64,000 nucleotides of DNA from assembly GCA_030704615.1 (NCBI GenBank), contig CM060733.1:65100001-65164000 (forward strand). The letters run 5' to 3'. The notes under the pieces are model-generated. The model saw only the letters and a list, made by a program, of their open reading frames with translations, had not been told where the DNA came from and made no database searches. Shown here in pieces: positions 24,885 to 38,023 of this stretch (within the stretch, counting starts at the first letter, position 1; the number at the start of each line of letters is the position of its first letter). Position numbers and translations under genes: made by a program. The DNA comes from Takakia lepidozioides. Lineage: Eukaryota; Plantae; Bryophyta.

Positions 24885-25536
24885 ACCTGGCCGCCGGGCC
24901 AACTTGGAGCTTCGGCTGCTCACCGGGACATAACGGTCCCCTTTTGCTTCCCTCTAAAACCCTCCACCTAATTGGGACTAGGAGAATTCCCTTTGGTAGA
25001 TGGCAGTCCGGAACAGCTCCCCACTCTTTGGTCGCTTTCCGGCTCGCTCGCTTACTCACTAGTTTTTGGTCACCAACGGGCTTGCACCGTTCTCGGGGTT
25101 ACTACTCCCTATATATACTTCTGTAGCTGTCCGCGGGGGTTTCACAACCAGCCATGCCATTTTATGGCGAACCACCACGAAGACCCTCGATTCCCGGTGG
25201 TGAGTCGCGGTGAGTCTTGGCCCGCTCACCACGGCCCTTATGGACCGTGATGAGTCCCAAGACTCCCCACGACTCCCACCACGAGGTCTCCACCCCCATG
25301 GTGAGTCCTATGCCACCCCCACTAAGTCCCACTAAGCTACCACCACCCCTTGTGGAGCCACCCCCACCGCAACCCGGTGTGCGGGGCTCCACCTAGTGAG
25401 CGCCTCCGCCTCCTTGAGTGCCTTGGGCACTCAAGGGTGCTTCAGCCCCCGTACCTATCGCTGCTACTGCCCCCACCACAGGGGCAGCCCCTCTTGTGTC
25501 CCGACCTCCCTGCCCTCAAGGCAAAGGGCCGCGACA
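24885..25536 (-). mobile_element. LTR (truncated by the gap)
   Basis: Near-identical to 25893-26544; ends GCGACA. Confidence 0.85.
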
Positions 25537-25804
25537 CACACCCGAGAGACACACATGAGAGGCATCTCTTGGTTTGTCGGAGCTCTCAAGGATTCCTCGG
25601 GCTCCGACTCCTCGGATTCCTCCCGCTCTTGGGCGGCCTCATTTTCGGAAACATGCATCGCTTCCTCAAACGGCCGCCTCGGTGACACACCGCCCCCATC
25701 GGGCTCACCGGGATCATCATCTTTTGGGCCGTTCCGCTTTCGCTTCGGCTTGCCCGACCCCATGATGAGGCCAATCCCAAGGACGATCGCGTACTGAACT
25801 CTAA

Positions 25805-25816
25805 GCTCTGATACCA
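25805..25816 (-). promoter_or_regulatory. Primer-binding site, tRNA-iMet
   Basis: TGGTATCAGAGC on the minus strand, 2 nt from the LTR end. Confidence 0.9.
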
Positions 25817-25818
25817 AG

Positions 25819-26544
25819 TGTCGCGCACCTCAATTCGGTAAACTCCCCTTCAAGTCATAGTTACTCGCTTTGATGCGCGCGCCTGACTCCCAACCTGGCC
25901 GTCGGGCCAACTTGGAGCTTCGGCTGCTCACCAGGACATAACGGTCCCCTTTCGCTTCCCTCTAAAACCCTCCACCTAATTGGGACTAGGAGAATTCCCT
26001 TTGGTAGATGGCAGTCCGGAACAGCTCCCCACTCTTTGGTCGCTTTCCGGCTCGCTCGCTTACTCACTAGTTTTTGGTCACCAACGGGCTTGCACCGTTC
26101 TCGGGGTTACTACTCCCTATATATACTTCTGTAGCTGTCCGCGGGGGTTTCACAACCAGCCATGCCATTTTATGGCGAACCACCACGAAGACCCTCGATT
26201 CCCGGTGGTGAGTCGCGGTGAGTCTTGGCCCGCTCACCACGGCCCTTATGGACCGTGATGAGTCCCAAGACTCCCCACGATTCCCACCACAAGGTCTCCA
26301 CCCCCATGGTGAGTCCTATGCCACCCCCACTAAGTCCCACTAAGTTACCACCACCCCTTGTGGAGCCACCCCCACCGCAACCCGGTGTGCGGGGCTCCAC
26401 CTAGTGAGCGCCTCCGCCTCCTTGAGTGCCTTGGGCACTCAAGGGTGCTTCAGCCCCCGTACCTATCGTTGCTACTGCCCCCACCACACGGGCAGCCCCT
26501 CTTGTGTCCCGACCTCCCTGCCCTCAAGGCAAAGGGCTGCGACA
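25819..26544 (-). mobile_element. Complete LTR, 726 bp (TGTCGC...GCGACA)
   Basis: 6-bp terminal inverted repeat; PBS on one side and PPT-like GGTAGGGGTGTG on the other. Confidence 0.85.
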
Positions 26545-26861
26545 CACACCCCTACCAATAGGGAGTCGATGTCCTCATCGACTTGTCCATTTTGTAGAAA
26601 CGAACATCCAAGTTGTGGCGTCCCACATCAAGGAGTTTGTTTCTGTACCATGGCGTCCCATGGTAAGGAACCAAACCCCACACTTGACTCTACTCTCCAC
26701 TAGCTAGTTCGGCCGACTTCCTCCAAGTCCCGGCCAAGGGTGGAGCCTCTTCAGCTCCTCCCAGTGCACTCTTCTTGGCCTACTTCAAGGCCAAGGAACG
26801 ATCCTCCCCGAGGATCGAATCGCCTTACTGCAACAACATTGCTTGCGATCGCTCATGATGC

Positions 26862-28078
26862 TTGCGACCTCCCTCAAAAGTGAACGAGACAAGGATGGGG
26901 AATGCACTTCGGATGAACTATACAATCCAGAGCTCGACAGAAGTGCCCCCACCAGGATTCGGGCGTGTGTATCAGATCGCCACGGCAGGCTCAGCTGTTC
27001 GCAATGAGGTGTACACCATCACCATTTCAGAATTACCCACCTGCAATTGCACCGACTTCCAGATCATGGCAAACAAGGGGGCATCATACTGCCCTTGCAA
27101 GCATTTGTACTACGTGTACCTAAAGAGACTCCGTTGTAATTCCACAACTCATCACTTCATACATGCACCAGGGTTGAGCCCCCAAGAGGTTCACACTCTT
27201 CTGAATATGGATCCAGGGGACCAGTGAGCTTGGCTTGCGGTCCCAATACAATGGTACGCCCATCCTTTTCGGATAATAGAACTGTACTGCTGCCAGTACC
27301 TCAGACTCTGGCCACAGAAAGGTCCGACATATGTCTTGCCTACCAGTAACCTGTTTTGCTCGAACTAAGATATTACTATATCGTTCACTTGTTTCCACGT
27401 GCATGTATTTTTGTATGTTGGAGGGTTCATGTTTTTCTGCTTTCCGAAAACTTGCTTTCCTCATTCGACCTCCGACAAGGAAATGCGGCGCCGCATTTCC
27501 AAGTATCGTCGTAGGTACTGGTAGAGGCGGCCTTCGCCAACACCAAACCGCTCCGAAATTTCGCACGTGCCAACCCTAATGCGGCACCTTATTTCCCAGT
27601 TCAGTTGCAAATCTTTCCCGCCGAATACCCGAAGAAGACAGAATTGTGAAGTACTGCAGACTCTATTGGTGCAGACTCCATTGGTTCAATCGCGGCAAAA
27701 GGGTCAGCTTCATTCCAATGTTAAGGCATGTAAAACCGCGGAATACTCTATACAGGCCAGTATGCGACGTCCTTTTGCAGTGGTATACTGGATTTCCCGT
27801 TGCACGGTCACTTATTTCCATGAGCGGATCTAAAAAACCATGAGCGGACTTGTTACTGACGACATATCTTCACCGCATTACATGATCTGGAACGTCCAAA
27901 AATGGCAAGGTCAAATAAAAAACTACTATTTTAATACTTGTTTAATCTGCCGCATTTTCAAATTTGGAGGAGTCCGCTCATGAAATCCGCGTATCTTAGA
28001 CTTCGGCTCACCGCTCATGCGGCTCATGCGGCTCATGGCTCATGGCTCATGGTTTCTGCTTATGAAATAGTAAACCTC
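26862..28078 (+). mobile_element. 3' fragment of a related transposon: SWIM-finger C-terminus (26862-27227) plus terminus
   Basis: GFGRVY..YTITI..PTCNCTDF..CPCKHLYY; GCTCATG repeats; TIR ...TATGAAATAGTAAACCTC ending at 28078. Confidence 0.85.
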
Positions 28079-28089
28079 TCCCATGTAGT

Positions 28090-29173
28090 GGGCCTGCAGC
28101 AGTTGCCAGCAGAGGAGGAGCATGAGGACGATGAGGACTGCAAGAAAGGACCTTCTGGCAAAAAATTGCATTTGTATTTCAGTCTTTGTTTCATCAACCA
28201 TCTCCTCATTGGACGAGTCTGCAAGGCTGTAACATGGCAGTATGTAAATATTGCCATATGTCAACAAACGTTTAGGGTTTATAATGGTCAAACATGGATG
28301 TCGCTATAATTGAACCCAACACACTTACAATGGTGCAACTCACTCAAATACATGCATTGGGGGAAGCGGCTTCTCCCGTACTTGAGCCTCCTCAACTTCG
28401 GTCTCCTCCTCCCCTTCTTATTTCTTTTCCCATTGTATGCAAACACGGCTACTAGAGATCCATTAGGAGGGCGGAGAGGCCTAATCGGGTAGAGCAATTA
28501 CTGGCTGCAAGAAATGAGAGAATACAATTGAGGGAGGCCCAATACAAGAATTGTCAAGGCCAAAGTACTCAAGTTTATCGCTATGTCCACGTCTGAAAGT
28601 GATGGCGCTGAGGAGGACACTTTGCAAGCTTGGGTGGAGAGTGAATGGCAATTTCCTAACCTCTCTTCAGTCAATGTGGGATTTATTTAGTCTTAAAAAA
28701 AACCAATTCAACTATATTATGTGATGGGACCTCTTATCTTTGACAGAAAAATGACACAACAATAGGCTAGTATAAGGTGTTGGGAACAACAAGACCTTTA
28801 CAAATGATATAATAGTGTTGCAATAAGCCAATGTCAGACATTACTTTATAATTTTGGGTGACCACAAACAAAAAAACGTCGCAGCAATAGGCCGGTCTCA
28901 AGTCATCACTACCAAGAAATTTTTCGAGAAGCACGAAGCTGGTATTATGGCACCGTGATTAACCCATCTCCTGCCATTTTTAATTCTTTTTCCAAACCCT
29001 AAATGTGAATAACGGCGCCGCAATAGGCCTAGCCGCATCCCCGGAGTTCAGAAACAGTGCCTATTACCGTGGATATATGCCCTATTACCGTCACTAACGG
29101 CAGATAATTTCTAATTCCGTGGATGCACGCTCATGGGCTCATGAGCTCATGGGCTCATGAAATAGTAAACCTC
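28090..29173 (+). mobile_element. Cargo-side end of a related transposon with a rearranged cargo C-terminal exon and terminus
   Basis: 28410-28620 (+) FLFPLYANTA...VLKFIAMSTSES is homologous to 42700-42900; TIR GCTCATGAAATAGTAAACCTC ends at 29173. Confidence 0.7.
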
Positions 29174-29450
29174 CTGCAAGTACTGGGGAGTGATTTCTAT
29201 ATCTACTCCCCTCACCTGGGTAACTCCTGTCCGAGGCTCAAAGTTCTGAAGAAATTGAATCATATACTGCCGATGATGCAAGGACCAGTCCTTGCGTAGC
29301 AGCCCCTCCAATCGCAACTCCCTCAGCAGCTGCACTGCCTGCGGTGTAGCAATTGTTTGCTTCTGCAGAATCATGGTGCTCTTCACCCTGATATACTCCA
29401 TTCCCTTCACTCTCTTCATTCTGGACAAACAAAAAGGTCTTGTTTGAAAC
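29174..29450 (-). pseudogene. Unidentified coding relic truncated by the transposon terminus
   Basis: Protein-like stretch LRELRLEGLL..IQFLQNF..VRGVDIEITPQYLQ, reminiscent of retroelement accessory ORFs; no confident family. Confidence 0.3.
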
Positions 29451-29942
29451 AGCTGAAGGAAAACTTGCAGGGCACAGAGCATAAAGGTATGGTTGGCACA
29501 GAATGGAACAGGTAATTGCGTGTAAGCCTGTGGGGTTTGCAAGTATCGAGTGAGAGAAAATGTACTCTCAATTCGTCCGTCCTTGCGCCACTTCGTGAGA
29601 AGTAAAGCAAGCGTGTAATCCGTTACATCCACCATAGCTACAAAGCTAGTGCTTTGATTGCCCCTCCCGTCGAGACACTGGCTATTCGGAGCCACCCCGA
29701 CTCTTCCGCTCATAACACTTCCAATTTCTTGTTCTTGTTTCTTGGAGGGAACCACCTGCATGAAATTCTCACTCCTGATTGGCTGTTGTCTGCTTAGGTA
29801 ACTTCTTAATTCCACCCCCTCCGTGGACATTCCCACCTGGAATGTCCAGTAGGACAACACATGTGGCATAAGTCCCTCTTTTCTGTACTCGGAAAGGGTT
29901 CCATTACCCTTGCCCTGAATGCATTAATGGGCCCACAAATAG

Positions 29943-30500
29943 GAGGTTAGCTATTTCATGAGCGGCATGAGCGGCATGAGCGGAGTAGCAAGACAATCGG
30001 TTTTCATGAGCAGAAGTACAAATTTCAAAAATAAAAAACATTATAAAACATTAATTTAATGGAATGTGTCAGAAAAAACAAATATATTATTCGGCACCTT
30101 GAAGGGGAAATTGTAATTTTGAGAGTTGTGCTCATGATATTTCGTCTTCCGCTCATGCCAATTCCCAGCGACATGTGCAAAAATGGCGCCGAATTTCACG
30201 GTAATAGGGTCCATAACCGGAAAGAATCGTGACGTATTTCGCGGTAATAGGTCTCTCTGGCGAAAAATGGTGCCGAATTCCGCGGCTATAGGTCCCCTCA
30301 TGACAGGTGTGTAAGCCCAAAATTTGGAAATGTGGCGCCGAATTTCGGTACATGGTGCCGGGGATTGCACAGATGTTGGGCAGTTCTGGGCCATGTAACT
30401 GGAAATTCGGCACCATTTTCCCAGACACAGGGGTACCAGTGCATGTTGGGACTAAGCCAGTTTTCGGCCCAAAATAGAGAAATTCGGCGCCATTTTTCCA
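29943..30500 (-). repeat. Transposon terminus (GAGGTTAGCTATTTCATGAGC) with subterminal CATGAGCGG and GGYGCC-cored repeats
   Basis: TIR starts at 29943; aaatggcgccgaatttc-type repeats at 30180-30500. Confidence 0.85.
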
Positions 30501-30656
30501 GAAATAGCCCCACAACTGCTTCTGTTGGATCTCAGTTTGAATGGAATATGGCCTCATTCCAGGAGTTTTGGGGTGCATTTCATTACACTGCAAAAAAAAG
30601 TCTGATACATGAAAATGCAATTGAAAATATCCATATGGAGGATTCACTTTGCCCCA

Positions 30657-33600
30657 TCAATGATTTCTGGAATCCCTAAGGAGGAGTTTGTGCAGCTCGT
30701 TCACGCTCAACGCCGGTGCATGAATAAAGTCATCAATAATCACGTTCATCCTCAACCTCTTCAAGTAAATGTAATAAAGATGCTTGCACGGATAATACTT
30801 TGAACCCTTCTTTGCTTCCATCAACGAGAAGTCCGTACAATTGCAAGTCGGCTCCACTCCAATCGTAATTGTGTATACGTCGTCGCGTACAGCCGAGCCA
30901 GCCGTTGCCATCCGATAAACACGCCCAAGGCCGGGTGGAGGTACGTCCACGGAGCTCTGAATAGTGCAAGCCATCCCAAGAGCATTGGCAATCCGAGTCT
31001 CATTCAACTTGTTCGGAGGGTGTCGTCTCTTCACTCTTCCGAATCGCATTGTGGGATGTGCAAAATTGTCCAATCCGTCTCTACTGGACCGAGCAGTTTG
31101 CAATGGCTGGGTCTGAGGAACTGGAAATGCGTGGGCCGGGACATCTGTGCGTTGCACCATTCGAAATCCTGCTGCAGATAGAGCATCCACCTCATTCTGA
31201 GAGAGGCTGCAACCCGGTGCAACAGGCCAGACGCCCAAAGGCTCCGGCATTCCCTGAATCCCGTACTTGGGCTTGCCAAATACACAGGTCATTATGTCGT
31301 GCCTACAAAACCAAAACGTGGCGTGAGCAAATGTGGGAGTAAAAAATCTGCCGCTGAAACAAGGTGCAGGTACAGCACCGTGTGGGTTCCTCCGAATCAT
31401 CTCACCACAGCGTGCTCTCGTATCCATCCGAATGGCGCAGCACTTCCCTCGAAATGCCGGCAATGTCCTTGCAATTCTCCACTGTGACTCCGACACTCTT
31501 GTCTCCACAATGGGTATGTTGTACTGCGTTACCACAGATGGCTCGTTATATTCCTCGGGCACGTGCCCTGTGCTCAAAGGAGATGGCGATCTTGAACGTG
31601 CAGGACTTGCGGTGCTCGACGAGACCTCCTCGGGCAACATCATGGGACCACGAGGGAGCGTGCGAATATTCTTGTCAGCTCGCCATGAATCCTCTTCCCC
31701 GCCAGGTGCCTCGTCAAGTCTCCGTCTCACTGGACGGGTATGAACATCTCCTTCCAAATGTTGGCCTCTTCGAAGCAATGGCGTGTCCCGAAGGCCCTCT
31801 CGTAAGGCCGCCGCCCACTTCCAAGGATTCTTCGATCTGGAGGCAGTCCGCATCAGCATTTCCTGCCTGTCCGGCCCCAAGCCCCACTGTTTCCCTTTCA
31901 AGAACTCGTTGTACCTGCATTGCTGCATAATTGACCTCACAATGTCCTCCATTGTGGCAGTGAGGATGTCCACCAGATGCGCCGCAGAGGAGGCACGCCA
32001 GGAAGAATGCACTGATTCGGCAATGTTTGTCGTGGGCATGTCGGTGTCGGAGTCAAGACCCATTTCCTGCACAAGCACATGTTGAGGTTACAAGCAAGTT
32101 ACAAATAATGCCAAGAATAATATTCAACGGGACGCGAATTCGTGCAACTCACCTCCCGCATATAGTCGCTGAACTGGAGGAAATGATAATGCCACCATGC
32201 TAGCCAACTGACCATTGCTCCCTCGTCTGATTTCCTTAGAGCACCTGACAATGTCCACCAAGCCCGTATACATGCAAACTGTGTCTCTGCATCATCCAAG
32301 GTGGGAGCGCGCTTCCACGCAAGACACATGGAACGGTGCTCCTCTCTGAAATCTGGCGCCACGAGCCTGGTAGTGTACTGCGAAAGGCTCTGCAGAAAAT
32401 GGAACCCACAAGATCTCTCCTTGCCTTCCATGGGAACATTGGGGTCTTGCCCGTACACCCTTTGGATGGCACCCCAATTTGCTTGTGCGTTGTCCGCCAT
32501 GAAACCACGGAAATTGGGAGGGGGCAATCCCGCCTTGGCCATCTGTTCGTTTATTCCCTGCCAAAGAAGCATCTCCGATTGTGTGTCCTCTCATTTCATC
32601 TCACAAATAGCAATTGTCATTAGCATCCTGCAGTGGGTGTCGTAGACATGTGCACCCATTGTCACCCACTGGTGATTTGTAATTCGCTTGATATGGTCGA
32701 ACATGACCCAACTGTTTGACAAGTCCCCACTCGTCATCCTGTCGACCAGTTCGACGCCGCTGCCAGGTCCACACGTGGACATTTTGAATACGAAACAACG
32801 ATCTGCCTCAGTCCCTTGTCCTGGAAACCTACTTCCATGAATGTAGTCATATCCACATCGTCGCTTCACCTCCAAAATGGAGTGCATATCCGAGCCACGC
32901 CCAATTTTCTGTTTGCATGAGACAATGTGGTTTCGGACATTTGGTGAACATACGTGGGACACCAACTCCAGCAATGCCTCCATTTCCTTCTCATCGAGAG
33001 GAACTCTATCGGAGCTGTCTTCCGACATAATTCTGGCCAAGGCCATCTTATGGGCGGCTTGGAGCTGTATCTGTTTGGGTTTGGCACCCGGTCTCAACTT
33101 AACCTCCTCCTGAACGAGCTGCTCTGCCTCGTGGGCAGCCTCCCGCGAGTTCCCCCTCGCCAATTTGTGACAATGGGAACCAACATGTATGCAAGCTCGG
33201 GTGAGGTCAGGGGAAACGGTGCAATACATAGAACTGCTTGGCATTACAAACAAACATGCAGTGTGGTGGTTCTTTGCAATGCGCACACTTAAATGTGGAG
33301 TTCGGAACCTTCTCCTGAGCACAAAATGGTTGATGAGCTGTGCCTGTCCAATCGGTCTCGTTCCTGTGACCTCTGGATTTAAATTGGAAGCAAGTTGGGG
33401 AGAAACACCGCAACGCGCCCGCACAAACAACGTAGCGCACCCGCACACCATCGAGCATCTTCATGCTGGTGGTTTTGGTGACGCACCAAGGATGACCATC
33501 ATGTTTTCTATCCATATCTGTCAACATTCCGGACGCCCTCGAGTAGTCCGTCCGAGGAGGGAACTCAAAGAAGATATTACCGTCGACGTCTGCGGGAAGG

Positions 33601-33770
33601 CATGTAACCGATTTAATTGCAAACTTGCTGTAGTCCAGCCCGGCCAGCTCCGAGCGGTGTCCCTCCATGTGAAGCCCTCGTAGAATTTCAAGAATAGATC
33701 GAACTGCGGTGCTCGTGCTGGGAATATCCACCCGTAAGCCGTGCTTTCACATGCCCCGGAATACATATCA
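30657..33770 (-). pseudogene. Second Mutator-like GCM/SWIM transposase; 5'-truncated, frameshifted; intron 32152-32067
   Basis: KHDGHPW, MFDHIKR, FMADNAQA, CGFH, NIAESVH, CNCTDF..CKH; intron at the same position as in 19242-22756. Confidence 0.85.
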
Positions 33771-34431
33771 AACTGATGGCCTCACTGGGGCCTATCCAAT
33801 GGTTCCAACCATTCCTTATCATTTGCTAAAACACGCCCTCATTCACATGCAAGAAGAACACCATGAATAGTGCACAGGAAATCAAGGGCATAGGGAGAAA
33901 ACCCCCCTTAAAATACCCGTCCCAGGGACCAACAGTCCCTGGCGGGGTCCGTCGTAATATCCAGCGGTTAAAACCGATACCCCGCGGCCAGCGCTACCTG
34001 GCGCGGCGCGACTGGCCCGCCGCCTGCGCGGGTCCAGTGGGTAATAGCAGGCTCCGTCGTCTCTGCCACTCGTGTCGTACCTGCGCGGGCCCAGCTATGG
34101 CGCCTAGTGCTGCCACGCAGTGTATCAGCAACCCGTACTTTGCTCCTGGGGTCAACTTCCCCCACGGGGAAAGGCCGCACCACCCGTGTTAGATCTAGGC
34201 AACCTCCTTGGTTGACCTCCAGCCCAAAGACGCGTAAGGCGCCGGCACTTTAGTGCTGGGCTCTGCCTTTTTTGGCAACTCTCTACAAAATAGCTTAACT
34301 ACTTATAAAGCTAGTTAGCAATGCCTCCCATGGTCCTCTATGGCCAGGGGCTTATGAACATAGATATGAACTTAATAATATGGAAATTTTGGCGATAGGT
34401 TCGCCGTCTCATGCAATATGGCCGTTACCAC

Positions 34432-34800
34432 CACTACAACAGATGAGCGTTTTTATGACTGCACATATAACTATTTTTTCAGTCCTATATGCGTTCATGA
34501 CTACATCACTCTGTAGTGAAAAAAAACCCTGTCATAGCGACTAGTCTTTAGGACTGCATTTTGCAAGTCATAGCCGTGACTGCGTGCGTGGCACCTGGAG
34601 TCATGCATAAGAGAGTGATGTAGTTACAACTCTATGACTTACATACGACTAACTATATGACTACATTGTATGATGAGCGTTGCCTACATGGAGAGGCTTT
34701 AGAGGAACACGTGTACCACTGCGCGAGGAACACGTCACGACACCTGTGGCACTTCAGATGTGACATGTGGCACTTAGACATAATATATGACTAGCATATA
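34432..34800 (+). mobile_element. CACTA element terminus with subterminal repeats
   Basis: CACTACAAC at 34432 followed by many ATGACT/AGTCAT motifs. Confidence 0.6.
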
Positions 34801-36039
34801 TGGCAGGGTTTATGCCACGTGTCATCAAGAATGTCTCTGAAAATAATTTAATAGTTATATTTGTAATTTTAAATTCTTAAATTTATATTTTATTTTTGAA
34901 AACAGGAGATAGCAGCTTGGAATTTTTTATTAAATGGTATTATTGTTTAATTTAATAATGTTATATAAAATAAAAATAGATTAATTGATTTAAATTCTTC
35001 ATTATATGGTGAAATTCTGATATAAAAACAGAATGGACCCCTCTTGCATACTAGCAACCACAAGAATATTCAAAATAGACAGGTACAGGGAAATACACGC
35101 CCTATAAATTATATTACAAAAATCCAAATGAGACCAATGTCCCAATGGACACCTCAAAGGCCACAAGGTCCAAAAATCCATGCCTGAAAAGGTCCAGTAA
35201 GCAAAAAATAAGCAAGCCCACACATGGGCTGAATTGTTGTAATACTAGTTTGTTCTGGTGCTACTAGAATCAAGGATCCTGTTAAACAGTGCAATACTTA
35301 CGGCCGATTTGATAAGAGGGAAAAAACAGGATGAAATGTGTTGAAGAAGGTGCCTTGATTAACAGTGCCTGATTTGATCAATTGTGCCGCTGCTGCTACG
35401 GCTTCCAGTTGACCATCTACCCATGCAGGTTTCTTGTACCTATCCTTCCACAGGGAATCATAGGTAATATGGAGCTTGAAATCCGGCCCTCTTGGATGAA
35501 TCTGGACCCACATATCTATCCCTGCTCCTTCAGCTATCCATGCCCCTGCACAAATCATGCATACATCCTCGCCTTGCTGCTAGCAGCTGACAATGACAGC
35601 CCAGAATTGCTTGAGCAAACACCCCAACCCTACTTATCACACTAGTTCCTATGTTGACTTGCGTCTGCTTCCAACAGGCATTCACCTTTTGCCTCGATTG
35701 TTCCACCATTGACTGAGGTCGGGAACGTATTCATCCTAGAGCTTCTCCTCGAGTCTCTGTTATCTATTTTTCAATACTTTCCTGTCGACCACATTGGCAG
35801 TAACATGTCAAAATCACTCCAAAACTACCATAGATCCACCAACGAGCTAACTTGCAGAATTCAACATTAAAATTTAGGGACGACTCTAATAGCAGGAGAA
35901 AACAAGGTGAAATATGTTGAAGAAGGTACCTTCATTAGCAGCGCCTTGTTTTATGAATTGTGCTGCTGCCGTTGCTGTTTCCAGTTGACCATCTACCTAC
36001 TTGTAGCCGCTGTGAGCTATTGAAGAAGGTGCCCCCTTC

Positions 36040-37543
36040 CCCCATCATTTGATCATAGGTCTCCATACCATGTCCCTGCTCTGCATACCCTGCAAGCATT
36101 GCGTTCCATGACATCACATCTCGTTCAGCCATAGTGTTGAAAACTCCCTTCACATCCTTAATGCACCCATTTCGCATACATGTCCACCAGGGCATTGTTC
36201 AGAATGACATCTGGTACAATTCCAGCTTTAATGATGTCACCATGGACCTCTTTCCCCTTTTCCAGAGGTCCCAGGCTTGCACACGCATTGCAAACACAAA
36301 CAAACGTGATGTTCGCGCAGCATTTGCTCATAGGTCTCCAAAGCATTCCTACCACACCCATGCTTGGTAAATCCTGCCAACATTATATTCCACGTGATCA
36401 AAGATCATTGAGACATTTTGTTGAAAACTTCGTGAGCATGCATGCATGATGCTCATGCACTTAACATACATGTTTGCTCCTGCACCCACATTTTGCATAC
36501 ATGTCCACCAGGGTATTGTTCAAAATGACATTTGGTACAATTCCAGCCCTGATGATGTCGCCATGGACCTCTTTGCAAGCCCTTTTCCAGAGCTTCCATG
36601 GCTGTGTTCAGAATGACATTTGGTACAATTCCAGCTTTGATGATGTCACCATTCACCTCTTTGCCCTTTTGGGGCTGCCAAGCTTGCACAAGCATTGCGA
36701 GTGCACACAAACGTGATGTGGTCGGGCTTCACCCCTTCGCACATCATTTGCTCATACGTCTCCAAAGCCTCCATCCCGCGCCCCTGTTGTGCATTCACTG
36801 CAAGCATCGCACTCCATGACACCACATTTCGTTTAGCCATATTGTTGATCACTCCCTTTGCATCCTTGATGCTCCCACATTTGGCATACAAGTCCACCAG
36901 GGCAGTGTTCAGGATCACATCTGGTATGATTCCAGCTCTGACGATGTCGCCATGCACCTCTTTGCCCTTTTCCAGGGTTGCCAGGCTTGCACACGTACTG
37001 CAAACGCACACAAACGTGATGTGGTCGAGCTTCATCCCTTCACACATCATTTGCTCATACATCTCCGAAGCCTCCAACTTGCGCCCCTGCTGTGTATACC
37101 CTGCAAGCATCGCACTCCACGACACCACATTTCGTTCAGCCATATTGTTGAACACTCCCTTTGCATCCTCGATGCTCCCACATTTGGCATACATGTCCAC
37201 CAGAGCAGTGTTCAGGATCACATCTGGTACGATTCCAGCTCTGACGATGTCACCATGCACCTCTTTGCCCTTTTCCAGGGCTGCCAGGCTTGCACACGCA
37301 CTGCAAACGCACACAAACATGATGTGGTCGGGCTTCATCCCTTCACACATCATTTGCTCATACGTCTCCAAAGCCTACATCTTGCGCCCCTACTGTGTAT
37401 ACCCTGCGAGCATCGCACTCCACGACACCTCATTTCGTTCAGCCATATTGTTGAACACTCCCTTTGCATCCTCGATGCTCCCACATTTGGCATACATGTC
37501 CACCAGGGCAGTGTTCAGGATCACATCTGGTACGATTCCAGCT
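36040..37543 (-). pseudogene. PLS-class pentatricopeptide repeat fragment (near-identical 303-bp P-L-S units)
   Basis: Repeats of PDHITFVCVC..CASL..LEKGKEVH..NTALVDMYAKCGSIEDA..F..M..RNVVSWSAML; stops and frameshifts; no E/DYW domain seen. Confidence 0.9.
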
Positions 37544-38023
37544 TGTTAGAGGGCTGTTTGGGACTTAGACGCTTTTATGGGTTCTGTGGGGTACCCTTAA
37601 TTTTTGCGCAGACTGAGACCAACAGGAACCTTAGGGGTGGCAAGAGCAGGCTTTAGGGGGGTTACACAGCCCGACATAGCTTCGCACAGCCAGTCACAGC
37701 CCGACACAACTTTACATAGCCAGTCACAGCTCGGCACAGCTTGACACAACCTTTCACAGTACATGGGGAACAGTTATCATTGACAGGGAACGACATCTGC
37801 AGAGGGAACGTGTTACTTCAGGGATGACGGTTAGTTAGTTAGGTGGTTAGAACAGCTTGCGGGTAGATTAGGAGAGCGGCAACAGGAAGGGGATCACTTC
37901 TGGAGGAGGGCGACTTGTTGAAGGGAGGAAGAGACGTAACGGAGAGCGGGAAACAGTGAAGAGGAGATGATGACTTGAATGAGGCTTAGTTCATGCAAGC
38001 TGTAGAATTATACAGTAGGATAG
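37544..38023. mobile_element. LTR-like fragment truncating the PPR array
   Basis: Abrupt junction starting TGTTAGA; internal cacagcc repeats. Confidence 0.45.

Noticed and set aside
24267-25059. Long ORFs spanning the first gap (likewise 41739-42648)
   Set aside because: Artefacts of translating N runs.
36695-37656. Long plus-strand ORFs of 284 and 234 aa
   Set aside because: Antisense shadows of the PPR repeats.
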